Below are positions 9,569 through 20,005 of a DNA stretch of 39,052 nucleotides, one piece after another. Positions within the stretch are counted from its first letter, which is position 1. Every line of letters begins with the position of its first letter. The stretch is from the NCBI GenBank assembly GCA_052055015.1, contig JBQJIT010000058.1. The stretch is one strand, 5' to 3'. Source of the stretch: Malassezia furfur (Eukaryota). Below the pieces are notes generated by a model. It had not been told where the DNA came from and did not search any database. It saw only the letters and a list, made by a program, of their open reading frames with translations. The position numbers and the translations under genes are program-made.

Positions 9569-11236
9569 ATGTCGTCGTCGGGTGGGGCGAAGCGGAGCAA
9601 CGCGAACGGGACGTTTGGCGCGAGCGGGAGCTCGGCGCCCGTGTTTGGGCCGAGCATCCCGTCGTCCGTGTACCCAAAAGACTCGGTGAAGGATGTGGCC
9701 GAGTCGCTCGGCATCGCCAACCTGCGCGACAACATCGCGACGGCGCTCGCGACCGACATCGAGTATCGCATCCGCGACATTGCGCAGAGCGCGGCCAAGT
9801 ACATGAAGCACGCCAAGCGCTCGCGCCTCACAACCTCGGACGTGGACAACGCGCTGCGCCAGAAAAACATCGAGCCGCTGTACGGTTTCTTCCCCCCGTA
9901 CACGGGCGGCAAAGCGCGCGGCCCCTGGTTCCGCACCGTGCAGACCGCGGCAGGGACGCCCATGTACATGGTCGAAGACGAGGAGGTGGACTTTGACACC
10001 GTGCTCGAGACCGGCCCGCGTGTCGGTGTCGGCCGCGGCGTCGGCTGGCACGCCCACTGGCTGGCGATCGAAGGCATTCAGCCGCCCATTCCCGAAAACC
10101 CCGTGTTCCTCGCGCGGCAGTCGGCCGCCGGGGACACGGGCGTGCCGGACGCGGGCGAGGCCGCCGCAGAGCTCGGGAGCACCGCGGTCAAGCCGCTCGT
10201 CAAGCACGTCCTCTCGCGTGAGCTGCAGCTCTACTACGAGCGCCTCACCTCGTCGATCATCAACCCCCCCGCAGACGCCGAGACGGGCAAAACCGCGTCC
10301 CCGCCGGAGCACGTCGAGGCCGCACAGCTCGACGTGTACGCCAAGGAGTCGAGCGGCAACACGGTGCGCGACGCGGCGCTCGCGAGCCTGCGCGGCGACG
10401 CGGGTATCCACCAGCTGGTGCCCTACCTGATCCAGTGGGTCGGTGCCAACGTCACGCATGTGCTGCGCACGCGGCCCAAGGATGCGGACGCGGGCGAGCG
10501 CGAGCACACGATCCACGTGCTACACACGATGCTCGACACGCTGCATGCCCTGCTCGTCAACCCGTCCATCTTTATTGAGCCGTACCTGCACCAGCTCATG
10601 CCGTCGGTGCTCTCCATCCTGCTCGCCGTCTACACGCTGTCGCCCGAGCTGCACGCCGAGTGGGAGCGCTCGGCGGTCGCGCTGCGCATCTACGCCGCGA
10701 CGCTCCTTGCGTACATCATCGACCACTTTGCCGAGAGCTACCCGACGCTGAAGCCGCGCGTCGTCGCGACGCTGCTCCAGGCGCTGTTTGCACGTGTCGA
10801 CGACGGCACGGCCGCGACGGCGCCCGAGGCCTCGGGCTCGCTCGACGCGAAGCTCGGTGCGCTGCTGGCGCTGCGCAAGCTCGGCCCGGCGAGCTTCAAA
10901 ACGCTGCTCGGCACCGTCGGCGTCCTGCCGCCGCTCGAGTCCTCCGAAGAGCACGACGCGGAGCGCGTGCCGCTGCGCGACATGGGCACCTGGCTCCAGG
11001 CGGTGCCGGACGAGGGGCGCGCCGCGTTCCTCGCCAAGTGCATCGTCGAGCAGATCCGCCACGGCCTGCGCGAGCTCGGCACGTACGCCGAAGGCGCGCC
11101 GGCGGTGCCGGACGCGGCGACGCTCACGCGCCTCGAGGCCACCTACGGCGCCTACTGGGTCACCACGGTGCTCCACGACGACGCGGCGGCGCTCACGGCG
11201 CTCTCGCAGTACAGCCCGCTGGCCGAGCACGACTAA
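9569..11236 (+). CDS. TAF6: TFIID/SAGA subunit TAF6
   Basis: Histone fold VKDVAESLGI...DIEYRIRDIAQSAAKYMKHAKR...NIEPLYGF, HWLAIEGIQP, KHVLSRELQLY, GIHQLVPY, IEPYLHQLMP. Confidence 0.95.
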   Translation: MSSSGGAKRSNANGTFGASGSSAPVFGPSIPSSVYPKDSVKDVAESLGIANLRDNIATALATDIEYRIRDIAQSAAKYMKHAKRSRLTTSDVDNALRQKNIEPLYGFFPPYTGGKARGPWFRTVQTAAGTPMYMVEDEEVDFDTVLETGPRVGVGRGVGWHAHWLAIEGIQPPIPENPVFLARQSAAGDTGVPDAGEAAAELGSTAVKPLVKHVLSRELQLYYERLTSSIINPPADAETGKTASPPEHVEAAQLDVYAKESSGNTVRDAALASLRGDAGIHQLVPYLIQWVGANVTHVLRTRPKDADAGEREHTIHVLHTMLDTLHALLVNPSIFIEPYLHQLMPSVLSILLAVYTLSPELHAEWERSAVALRIYAATLLAYIIDHFAESYPTLKPRVVATLLQALFARVDDGTAATAPEASGSLDAKLGALLALRKLGPASFKTLLGTVGVLPPLESSEEHDAERVPLRDMGTWLQAVPDEGRAAFLAKCIVEQIRHGLRELGTYAEGAPAVPDAATLTRLEATYGAYWVTTVLHDDAAALTALSQYSPLAEHD

Positions 11237-11241
11237 GTAGA

Positions 11242-12469
11242 CTACTTCTTCGCCTGGGCAATCTCCTTGTACTCCACGAGCCGCAGCAGGTTCCGCTGCA
11301 GCATCGACACGGTGATCTTGCCGATCGCAGGCAGGTACGCCCCTGCCCGGCTGCGCACGTCGCTCTCAAAGTTCTTCTCGGAGCTGAAGTTGATACAGGT
11401 CGCGCCCTCCTTGATCCACGCGGTCGGCACCTTGTAGCTCGCCGACGGCACACCGCCCACGACCACGTCCGACTCGCGCACGCAGCTCTCCACGTCGGGG
11501 TGCTCGCACCCGCACACGACATGGGCGGACCGCAGCCGCGCCTTGGTGTTTTCCTCGTGTGCCGTGCGCACGCGCTCCGACTTGCGCAGGCCCGAAACGC
11601 CCGCGCCGTCGTCCTTGGCGAGCTTGTTGAACTCGACGATGGAGTCAATGTCGACCGAGAACACACGCGCACCGTCGTTGGCGAGCAGCGCCGCAAGCGG
11701 GCGGCCGACCACCTCGGAGCGGTTGATCACCGTGATCGTGCGTCCGCGCAAACGGTCGCCGTACGGCAGCTGCGAGTCGTACACGCCGGCCGACTCGAGC
11801 GCTTTGACCACCGCCAGGGGCGTGCACGGAAGGATGCTCTTGGCGTAGCCGGGCGGCGCCTTGTCGTCCTTGCCGACGTTCGGGTCGAGGTTGAGCAGCT
11901 CGAGCTCGTTCGTGGTGCCGGGCGCGCTGCCGAGGTGCATCGGGTCAATCCAGCGCACGTTGTGGTACAGGTTCCAGCAGTAGTAAAAGTTGAGGCCCTC
12001 GACGTCCTTGCGCGGGTCCACAATCTGCTGCAGGTAGGTGTCCTGGCGCCCGCCAAAGATGGGGTAGTACACCTGCAAAGTCAGTACACACGCGCATACG
12101 CACCATGACACCGTCCACGCTCTTGTCGCGGTTCGCGGCCAGGATCAGGTCCTCGACGTCCGCCTCGAGCCCAAAGTTTTGCAGGCTCTCCGACGCGCCG
12201 TTCTCCGACGCGACACTCTCCTGCTCGGCATCCTCCCACGTCTTCCAGATCTCAAAGTTGATACCCACCGCGACGCACGCCTTGCGCGTCCATTCGGCGT
12301 ATGCAATGGACGGCGGACTCGGCTTGGCCAGGATGCCCACGAGCTTCGGGATCGCACGGCCCGCCTCAGAGCGCTGCTTGATGTCCGACTCGATCGCCTC
12401 CTGGAACGGCTTTGCGATCGCCGCCGCCTGCAGGAGTTTGCCGGGGTACTCGGGCTTGCTGGTCGCCAT
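11242..12469 (-). CDS. MTD1: NAD-dependent methylenetetrahydrofolate dehydrogenase
   Basis: Spliced VDGVMVYYPIFG, KDVEGL, ILPCTPLAVVK, VINRSEVVGRPLAALLANDGA. Exons 12469..12104 and 12072..11242 (31-nt intron). Confidence 0.93.
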
Positions 12470-12639
12470 CACTTTAGTTGCCAGGACACTTGGACGCAGG
12501 CGCATGGCGCGCCTCTACTTTTTTCTCCACGTGATAATGGAATCGGGGCTTCCGAACAACTTAGTGTACAATCTGGCACCCTACACTACAAGCGGTTCCA
12601 GGAGGCAGGGCTTGCGACCGTAGCTCCGACATTCTCACA

Positions 12640-13981
12640 TTACACAGTCTTCCATTCCGAATCGTTCTCCGTAGCCACGTCGTTGCTCTTCTCCGCACTC
12701 GCGCTGGGCGCCGCGCTCCTCCACGCACCCTCCGTCTTCGCCTTGGGCGCACGTGCCTTCTTCTCCTCATGCTTCTGGCGCTCCTCGCGGCGCAGGCGGT
12801 CCTGCACGCGGATCTTTTCGTCGATCTCGCGCTCACGCTGGCCCACGTCCACCGGCTTCGCTGCACCGAACGGGTTGGAACGCGCCGAGCCCTGCGAGGG
12901 CGACGTCGGCGTGCCCGAGGGTGTCGAGCCACGCGGCTTCAGGTCCAGCTTGCGGCGTTCCGTGGAACCCTGGCTGCCGCCCGACGACAGGCGCCCGGCC
13001 CGCCAGTTCGCAAAGCCCTCCTCGCTGGCGCCCGGCTCGCGACGCTCAAAGCCACCGCCACGGCGCTCGCCGTCCGCCGAGCCGAAGCCGAAGCGCGACG
13101 TGTTGTTACGGCCCGTGACCGGCTTGCCCGTGCGCCAGTCGGATGCCGTGTCGCTGCGGCTCGGCTCCATCGGCTCCATGCTCCGGCGCGGCGGGCGGTC
13201 GGCAGAGGGCGTAAACTTGCCGCCAAACCCGCTCCGCGACCCATCAGCACCAACGCCCATCTCGTCAAAGCCCGAGCCGGACCCAAAGTCGCCGAAACCG
13301 CCGCGGTTCGACGAGGGAAGCGGCGTCGAGCGGCGCCACTGCGACGCGTCGTCGGCCATGGTGCTCTTAAGGCCACGCGACGACGGCTCCGCGACGCTGA
13401 CGCGCACGTTGCGGTTGTCCAGAGGCCTTCCCGTGTACGTCAGCGCCTCCTTCAGCTGGTCCAGCGTCTCAAACTCGACGTAGCCGTACCCCTTCGGCCT
13501 GCCGTCGTGGCTGCTCACCAGCCGCACACTCAGCGGCTTGAGCGGCTCGAAAAAGTACTGCACATCCGACTCCGTACTCTCAAAGGACAGGTTCACCACG
13601 AACGCCGTGAACGGCGGCTCCGTGGGCAGCGGGGGCTCTTCGCGCGCAAAGGGCGCGCCGTGGTCCTCGAAACGCGAGCGGCCCATCGGACGCGAACCGA
13701 GGCCACCCGAGCCAAAGCCAGACATCTGGTCACGGGGGGCAGCTGCAACGTTAGCTACCTGCAAACGTCGCTGCACACGTACGAGCCGAGGGAAGTTCGT
13801 CCATTTCGTCGGCCCACGAGCTGCCGGTCGCTGTTGCGTGTTAGTACGCTGCACAGAGCCTAAGCGTGTACCCACTTTCGTCGGCCAAGAAGTCCACCAG
13901 GGACATCTTGTTCTGTTGCTTCTTAGGTGCTGCACATCGTTAGTCTCCTTTCTCGCAAGCCACAGCCGAACACCTACCCAT
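12640..13981 (-). CDS. TIF3: Translation initiation factor eIF4B
   Basis: Spliced N-terminus MAPKKQQNKMSLVDFLADETTGSSWADEMDELP, RRM (PFTAFVVNL, KGYGYVEF), RKLDLKPR and SNPFGAAKPVD. Exons 13981..13978, 13929..13876, 13830..13783, 13742..12640 (introns 48, 45, 40 nt). Confidence 0.92.
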
Positions 13982-14058
13982 CTTGTAAGAATTGGTAGTA
14001 GCAGGGAAGGGAGGCAGACATCACGTGCGGCGACCGTGCGTGTTGGTTCTGCTGCAGC

Positions 14059-14823
14059 ATGAGCGGGGCACAATCCAGCGGCGCGCCGCAGGTGTGCAAC
14101 ACAGCGAGCATCAAGGACACGAAATACTTTTGCGATGATGCGATTGAGCGGGTAGGTAGCACAACGCTCACGAAGCTCTTGACCCAACGGCCCAGCGCTG
14201 AGCGCACGCCGTCTGCCAAAGGCAAGGAGAAATCGACGGTCGAGTTTGCGCCGTTCCAGGCGTCACACACGGTCGACGACGTGCTCATGGCAGTCAGTCT
14301 CACAGGCTCAGTGATCATGCTTGGGACGGTCGGCTACGTGTACCTCAAAAAAGTCGAATGGCCCATTGCGCGCCAGTACTACCTGGTCGCGGTGTCTACG
14401 TTCGCGGTACTGTTTGCACTCCAGAGCGCGATCAAGTACTTTGCAGGGCCCCTCGTCTTCCGTGGCACGCGTAAGATGCTGTCGAACCGCGTACGTGCGT
14501 TGTATGCTGATGCAGGTGGAAGTGGAATATCTCCGGATCCAGTCGCCTGCTCCTGGTGCGCCGAGAGTCACGAACGAGACGGCCGCCGACGGGCGGCCGA
14601 TTCTTGTACCTCCGGAGTACAAGCTCGAGGTGTGGTACACGCGCAAGAGCAACGGTGGCAAGAGTGTCCTAGCTACAAAACATGATTACATCGTTCTCGG
14701 CCACTTCGGTACGTGCTCCTTGGCGCTGACGCAGGCGAATGGTTCACCGAAACGGGCGAGTTTGTAGAGTCCGTGTTTGAGCAGCGGCTGCTGACGAGTC
14801 TGCAGCGCGTTCTGGGTGAATAG
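14059..14823 (+). CDS. SPC2: Signal peptidase complex subunit 2 (SPC25/Spc2 family)
   Basis: KYFCDDAI motif, two TM segments, C-terminal GEWFTETGEFV. Exons 14059..14151, 14176..14490, 14516..14708, 14735..14823 (introns 24, 25, 26 nt). The first intron is in frame and less certain. Confidence 0.8.
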
Positions 14824-14915
14824 GTGTCATATCTGCTCGTCTAGGGATGGCCAGAGTGTGCTTCTCCACATCGTTCTCCCACGACCGTTTGTCGCGACGA
14901 CGCGACGACGTCGAC

Positions 14916-15341
14916 ATGCGCACCAATGATCTGACCGCGGATCGCAACTGGCACCTGGGGAGCGAACATGTGGGCCTCATCCATGTGTGCAAGTGCACCT
15001 GCTTCACAACCAACACAACCCTCATTCCACTCTATGCGCCTACGCCCCAAGGTGATCTGTGCAGCGCGTGCACCAAGCAGTTCTGTCTTGAGCGTGCCGA
15101 GGGATGCCATGGGGCCCAGATTGCCGAGGTCAACGACGATACTGCGACTGGCTACGAGGGCCAGGTGTGGGCCAAATGCTTCAGTACGTGGTAGACTAAC
15201 GCAGTTCGCGACCCAACAAAAGACCAGTCGATCGTGCTATTCTATCTGATTGCTGTACTTGGCCTGCTCTTTTGGATATTTGTGCGGAGCCGGGCAGGGC
15301 AGGCACTTTGGGCGCGCCTACGCGCTACGCTTCGTTTGTAA
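14916..15341 (+). CDS. Small Cys-rich, C-terminally membrane-anchored uncharacterised fungal protein
   Basis: CKCTCF...CSACTKQFC...C...CF. Removing a 21-nt intron (15184..15204) continues into IRDPTKDQSIVLFYLIAVLGLLFWIFV (TM). Start is uncertain (14916 or 14847). Confidence 0.75.
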
Positions 15342-15619
15342 TTGTATAGAGAGCCACCGGGTTGGTGGAATGCGTGTGGCTCCACGCTCAAAATCGATGC
15401 TACCCACCTAATACCTCAACAACTCTCATGCCCACCAGCCTACGTCCAGTTACCCTACTGCAGCACGAGCGCGACTAGCCTGTTGCGCACGGCGCGGCTG
15501 GCCGAGCGGCCTACCGCCCGGCGCCTCCACGTCGCGCGGCAAGTGGCGACCTACTAGGCCCTCTAACACAAAGGTAAAGCGCGTCGCACGCGGGGAAAGC
15601 GCGTGGATCTCTCAGCACC

Positions 15620-16337
15620 ATGGAAGCCAAGCTGCAGTCGCTCAAGGTGCCGGAACTCAAGGATTTGCTCACGAAGGCGTCGTTGCCTGTTACTGGCAAC
15701 AAGCCCGACCTGATTAAGCGGCTGCTTGAGAACCCGTCGGCGACGTCGTCGTTGGGGGACGCCGAGGCGCCTGCCTCAGAAACCGAGTCGGCGCCTTCAG
15801 CGCCGTCGGAGCCCGCTGCGCCTGCCGCTGAGACGGCGACGCCCGCTGCCACGACCGAGGCTGCCGAGACTCATGTTCCGCAAGCGCCGGCCGCTGCGGA
15901 ATCGCCGGACCAAGAGGCACGCAAGCGCAAGCACCTGGCGGAGCTGGAGAAGCGCAAGGCGCGTGCGATCCGCTTTGGGCAGCCTACGGAGGAGCTCGAG
16001 AAGGAGATTGCGCGTGTGACCAAGTTTGGTCTGCCGGAAGGCGAGGCGGATGCTACCCAAAAGATCGACCACGGTTTGCGCACCGGCAAGCGTGCCCAGC
16101 CCTCAGCTCAGGCGGGTCCGACGAAGCAGGCCAAGACCGAGGCCAAGGCCCCTGCCGCACCGGCAGTGTCGGTAGGTGACGTTGCTAACGTGCAGGAGGA
16201 AGAGCTGGAGCGGAGAAAGCGCCGCGCTGAGCGCTTTGGGCTGGTCGATCCCGCCGAGGAGGAAAAGAAGCGCCAGCGTGCGGAGCGATTCAACGTGCGT
16301 AGCCGCGAGTCTGACGCAGGCGCCCAAGGCGGCGTAA
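15620..16337 (+). CDS. THO1: SAP-domain RNA-binding protein (Tho1/SARNP/MOS11 family)
   Basis: N-terminal SAP domain LKVPELKDLL...LPVTGNKPDLIKRL and repeated RKARAIRFG / RKRRAERFG motifs. Exons 15620..16171, 16196..16294, 16320..16337 (introns 24 and 25 nt). Confidence 0.85.
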
Positions 16338-16377
16338 GCACATAATTCCTGTAGGATTTTTTTTGGCAGTCGATTCG

Positions 16378-17829
16378 ATGCGCAACGCGCCGTGTGCCGT
16401 GTGCCGCGCCGAGGTGGCCAAGTACACCTGCCCATTCTGTGCGGCAGCCACCTGCAGTCTGCCGTGCTTCAACGAGCACAAGGCGAACTCGGCGTGTGCA
16501 TCGGCGCGCGCATCGCACGAGCGTCGTGAGGCGATCGGTGCGCCGTCGTCTCTGCTGCTGCGGGGCGAGCGCGATCCGTCGCGCTTCGTGCCGATGCGCA
16601 GCTACGACTACAACCAGATGATGCAGGACTACCAGTTCCTGAGCCAGGTCGGGCGCGTCGTGTCCTCGACAGGGAGAAATCTCGCCGACGCACGCATGCT
16701 GCAGGACCCTGGCAGGCCAAATACCCCCGCACGGCGCCTGCCGGCCGCCCAGCACCGCCGCGAGCTGCTCAGCAAGCAGATTGGTTTCTTAAAACTGCCT
16801 GTCATGTTGTTGCCAGAGGGCATGTCCAAGCGGCAGCAGAACAGGACGACCTACGATACCAAGAAGAAACAGGTCCTTTACACGGTACAATGTGCATTCC
16901 CATGCGCTCGCCCCGCACGCATGCCTGTCGCGGTGCACGCACTGCCAGGCACCACGGAGGTAGGCGCATGCCTCGCGTCCGCCTTGTCGGTGCGTGATGC
17001 TGCGGACGAGCCGGATCGCAAGCGGCCGCGCGCCGATGACCCGGCTGACCTTGGCGCGCTGGGCCTGGTGCACGACACCAGCGGCGCAGAGCGGCTTGTG
17101 CCGCAGCACGAAACGCTCCTGCTTCTCCGCGTCTATCCCCTGCGGCTCCGCAACGAGACCACTACCCGTTTTCTCGACTGGTGGGCGCGCAAAGGCGCCG
17201 CGATGCACGACCCCAGCGCTTCTGCCGAGCCTGTGCGTGCCGAGCCGCTCGTGCCGCAGCATGTCCTCGACACGGTCGCTCGGCTGCACGGCAACGAGCC
17301 CGATACCGCTGAGGAGGCGCTCGCGTGGTCGAGCACGGCACTATACGTCGCAATACCAAGTGAGGCGTCGCTGGAGCGCGTGCTGCGATCTCTGCCGGAC
17401 GACTACGGCATCGTCGAGTTCTTCGAGCTGGAAGTGTGGCCCGAGGACACGATTCGAGCAGCCGAGCGCCGTGGGCGTGCGCGGGTCCTTGCGCTGCTGC
17501 CGGCGCCGCGCGAGGCACCCGCGCCGCGCAAGGCGCCCGGGCCGGGGGCGAACAACGACTCGGGCGCCGCACCGGCCGACGATGCAAACGGACGAGGCCG
17601 CGCATCGCCGTCGCCGCCCCGCGAGCCTCTCGCGGTGCACGACACGACCTCGGCGCCAGCGACGGTGCAAGGCGGTGCACGAGACGAAGCGCGCGTGGCG
17701 GAAGCGCCGGCCGCTACTGTCTCTGTGCCCCCCGCGTCGCGTGCTTCGGCGCCGCGACCGGCCAGCACGACCGCTGCTGCGGAGTCGACCCTTGTAGCCT
17801 ATGCCAGCTCCGAGAGCGAGGAGGAATAG
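16378..17829 (+). CDS. BCD1: Box C/D snoRNP assembly protein (zf-HIT, Bcd1/ZNHIT6)
   Basis: zf-HIT CAVC...KYTCPFC...CSLPCFNEHK, then MQDYQFL and LLPEGMSKRQQNRT motifs typical of Bcd1. Confidence 0.85.
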   Translation: MRNAPCAVCRAEVAKYTCPFCAAATCSLPCFNEHKANSACASARASHERREAIGAPSSLLLRGERDPSRFVPMRSYDYNQMMQDYQFLSQVGRVVSSTGRNLADARMLQDPGRPNTPARRLPAAQHRRELLSKQIGFLKLPVMLLPEGMSKRQQNRTTYDTKKKQVLYTVQCAFPCARPARMPVAVHALPGTTEVGACLASALSVRDAADEPDRKRPRADDPADLGALGLVHDTSGAERLVPQHETLLLLRVYPLRLRNETTTRFLDWWARKGAAMHDPSASAEPVRAEPLVPQHVLDTVARLHGNEPDTAEEALAWSSTALYVAIPSEASLERVLRSLPDDYGIVEFFELEVWPEDTIRAAERRGRARVLALLPAPREAPAPRKAPGPGANNDSGAAPADDANGRGRASPSPPREPLAVHDTTSAPATVQGGARDEARVAEAPAATVSVPPASRASAPRPASTTAAAESTLVAYASSESEEE

Positions 17830-17868
17830 CGATACCCATGGCATCTATACACACTGCGGGCGTAACCC

Positions 17869-18855
17869 TTACTGCTGGCGCATCTTGCTGCGCTTGCCCG
17901 TCTGCGCCTGGAAACCGGTCTTGATGGCGCTGACCGAGCGCTGCGAGCCGCATGCCTCGCAAGTCATGAAGTAAATCCGGTTCTCTTTTGTGAGGAGCGT
18001 GTTCGGCGAGCGGCACGTCTTGCAGGTGACGTATTCCACAATGTATCGCCGCAGCACGTTTTCGATCTGCTTCGGCTGGAAGCGACCACGGATCACGAGG
18101 CGCTGGCTACCGTCCATGGAGCCGACGGTACCCAGCTCGGTGAAGAGGTATTGGATGACGTGGTCCGGCTGGCGGTGCATACGCTTGCAGATCTCGAGGA
18201 CGTTGGCAAACACCGTCTTTTTAGAGCCATCGCGCTGCACAACGGGCGGCACCATGGTGTACTTCTTCTTCTCACCCGAGAGCGCGGGGTTCTGCAGACG
18301 CAGCGTGCGGAAGATGCGGCCGAGGAGCTCCTGGTAGGTGTAGTCGCGGTCGGTGCCCTGCCAGGCCTCGACGTCTTCGGTCTTGCCACCGGCCGCATCC
18401 TCGTCCTTCTCCTGCGCGAAGGGGTTCTCGCCGTCGTCCTCGGCATTGTCCTCGTCATGCTGCTCGCCGAGCTCCTTCTCGAACTCCTCGAGGTCGAACG
18501 CGGCCTTCTTCTTCTTCTTCTTCTTCTTCTTCATCTCGCCAAACTGGAGGTCAGTCGCGTGGGCCGCACGTACGTCGAGCGCGCCGTCCTCGTCGGGGGG
18601 CGCATCGTCTTCCTTGGTCTCCGGCGCAGGCGCGTCCTCCGTCGCCTTGGGCGCGTCGCTGGCCGGCGCGTCCTCCTTGGGCGCTTCTGTGTCCTTCTTG
18701 GTGTCGGCGTCGAAGTCAAAGTCCATCGGGATCTTCTTCTTCTTACCGCTCTTCTTCTTCAGGCCACCGAAAAGGTCGGCCGCATCCTGAGGAGCCTCTT
18801 GCTGCTGGGCAGCCGGCGGGTCCGCCACCGTGTCCTGGCCCACTGCCGTCGACAT
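17869..18855 (-). CDS. SUI3: Translation initiation factor eIF2 beta subunit
   Basis: Lysine boxes, [15 protein letters not shown]2-C2 finger (CKTC...CEACG), [10 protein letters not shown] 30-nt in-frame intron lies at 18544..18573. Confidence 0.95.
   Translation of the reverse strand: MSTAVGQDTVADPPAAQQQEAPQDAADLFGGLKKKSGKKKKIPMDFDFDADTKKDTEAPKEDAPASDAPKATEDAPAPETKEDDAPPDEDGALDVRAAHATDLQFGEMKKKKKKKKKAAFDLEEFEKELGEQHDEDNAEDDGENPFAQEKDEDAAGGKTEDVEAWQGTDRDYTYQELLGRIFRTLRLQNPALSGEKKKYTMVPPVVQRDGSKKTVFANVLEICKRMHRQPDHVIQYLFTELGTVGSMDGSQRLVIRGRFQPKQIENVLRRYIVEYVTCKTCRSPNTLLTKENRIYFMTCEACGSQRSVSAIKTGFQAQTGKRSKMRQQ
18505..18531 (-). repeat. (AAG)9 coding microsatellite encoding an eIF2beta poly-Lys box
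   Basis: Nine perfect ctt units on the + strand. Confidence 0.9.
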
Positions 18856-18904
18856 CACGGTCGAAAAGGGTGGGTGGGCGCATCGCCGATCTTTTGCCGC
18901 AGCG

Positions 18905-18921
18905 CACGTGGTTATCACGTG
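18905..18921. promoter_or_regulatory. Tandem CACGTG E-boxes (second is ATCACGTGAC, Cbf1-type) in the SUI3/ATP3 divergent promoter
   Basis: CACGTG at 18905 and 18916. The same hexamer recurs in six other promoter regions of this window. Confidence 0.55.
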
Positions 18922-19016
18922 ACATGATACCCGGCGTTCCCCGGGGCCGCTCGGGGGCGGCGCGCTGGCAGCGGCCGAAAGCACTTGGTCTCGACCTCGA
19001 CGAACCTGGATCGGTG

Positions 19017-20005
19017 ATGATTTCCCGTGTTGCTACTAGGCCTTCTGTCGCGTCTGCGGTGAGCGCGCTGCGTGCAGCGCCCATGGCTGGCTTCCACGCG
19101 AGCGCTGCGCCCCAGGCGTCGCTCCGTGAGCTGGAGAGCCGTGTGAAAAGTGTGCGCAACATTGAGAAGATCACCAAGGTACGATCGCATAGCGTGGGGC
19201 GCGAGCACGATGCTGACACAGGTGCGCCGCAACGGTTTGGTGCCGTATTTCTTAGTCGATGAACATGATCGCCTCGACCAAGCTCAACCGCGCGCAGCGT
19301 GCGATGGACTCGGGTGTCAAGTACGGCCACGCCAGCGAGGAGGTGTTTAAGCAGGCCGACGCGCAGCCCGAGAAGGACGGCCGCGAACTGATCATTGTCG
19401 TGTCGTCTGACAAGGGTCTGTGCGGTGGTATCCACACCTCGGTGTCGAAGCGCACCCGCAAGATGGTTGCCGAGGCCCAGGGCGAGAAGCCCTCGGTGGT
19501 GGTGCTCGGTGAGCGCAGCAAGGCGCAGCTCGCGCGTGCCCTGCCCAGCAACCTGGTCCTCTCCTTCAACCAGATCGGCAAGGACATCCCGACCTACGAG
19601 GATGCCCTGGCCATCACGGCGACGATCCTCGAGAGCGGCCTCGAGTTTGACGTGGTGAACATTGTGTACAACAAGTTCGTCTCGTCGATCTCGTACGAGT
19701 CGGCGGTGATGCCCGTGTACTCGCAAAAGGCGCTGGAGGAGGCCCCCAAGTTTGGCCAATACGAGCAGGAGGAGGAGGTCACCAAGGACCTCGCCGAGTT
19801 CTCGCTGACGAACGCCATCTTTGCGACGCTCGTTGAGGGTCACGCCACCGAGATCAACGCCAGGCGTAACGCCATGGACAACGCGTCGAACAACGCCGCG
19901 GATATGATCACCAACCTCAACCTGCTCTACAACCGTGGTCGCCAGGCCGCCATTACGAACGAGCTGATCGAGATTATCACGGGTGCTACGGCGCTCGCTG
20001 GCTAA
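19017..20005 (+). CDS. ATP3: Mitochondrial F1 ATP synthase gamma subunit
   Basis: Presequence, spliced [59 protein letters not shown]. Exons 19017..19178 and 19256..20005. Confidence 0.96.

Noticed and set aside
12561..12639. Possible extra intron or exon after the TIF3 stop codon
   Set aside because: A GTGAGA donor-like sequence is present, but there is no branch motif at the usual short distance from an AG.
15491..15560. tRNA-Leu/Ser-like start (TGGCCGAGCGG)
   Set aside because: No T-arm or B-box (GTTCRA), and no anticodon or acceptor stem pairing follows.
15560..15580. U1 snRNA-like 5' end on the minus strand (CTTTACCTT...AGAGG)
   Set aside because: Lacks the invariant ACTTACC and the U1-70K and U1A loop sequences.
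17845..17872. Possible intron overlapping the SUI3 stop (GTAAGG...CAG/TAG)
   Set aside because: No CTNAY branch site, and the protein already ends at the expected eIF2beta C-terminus.
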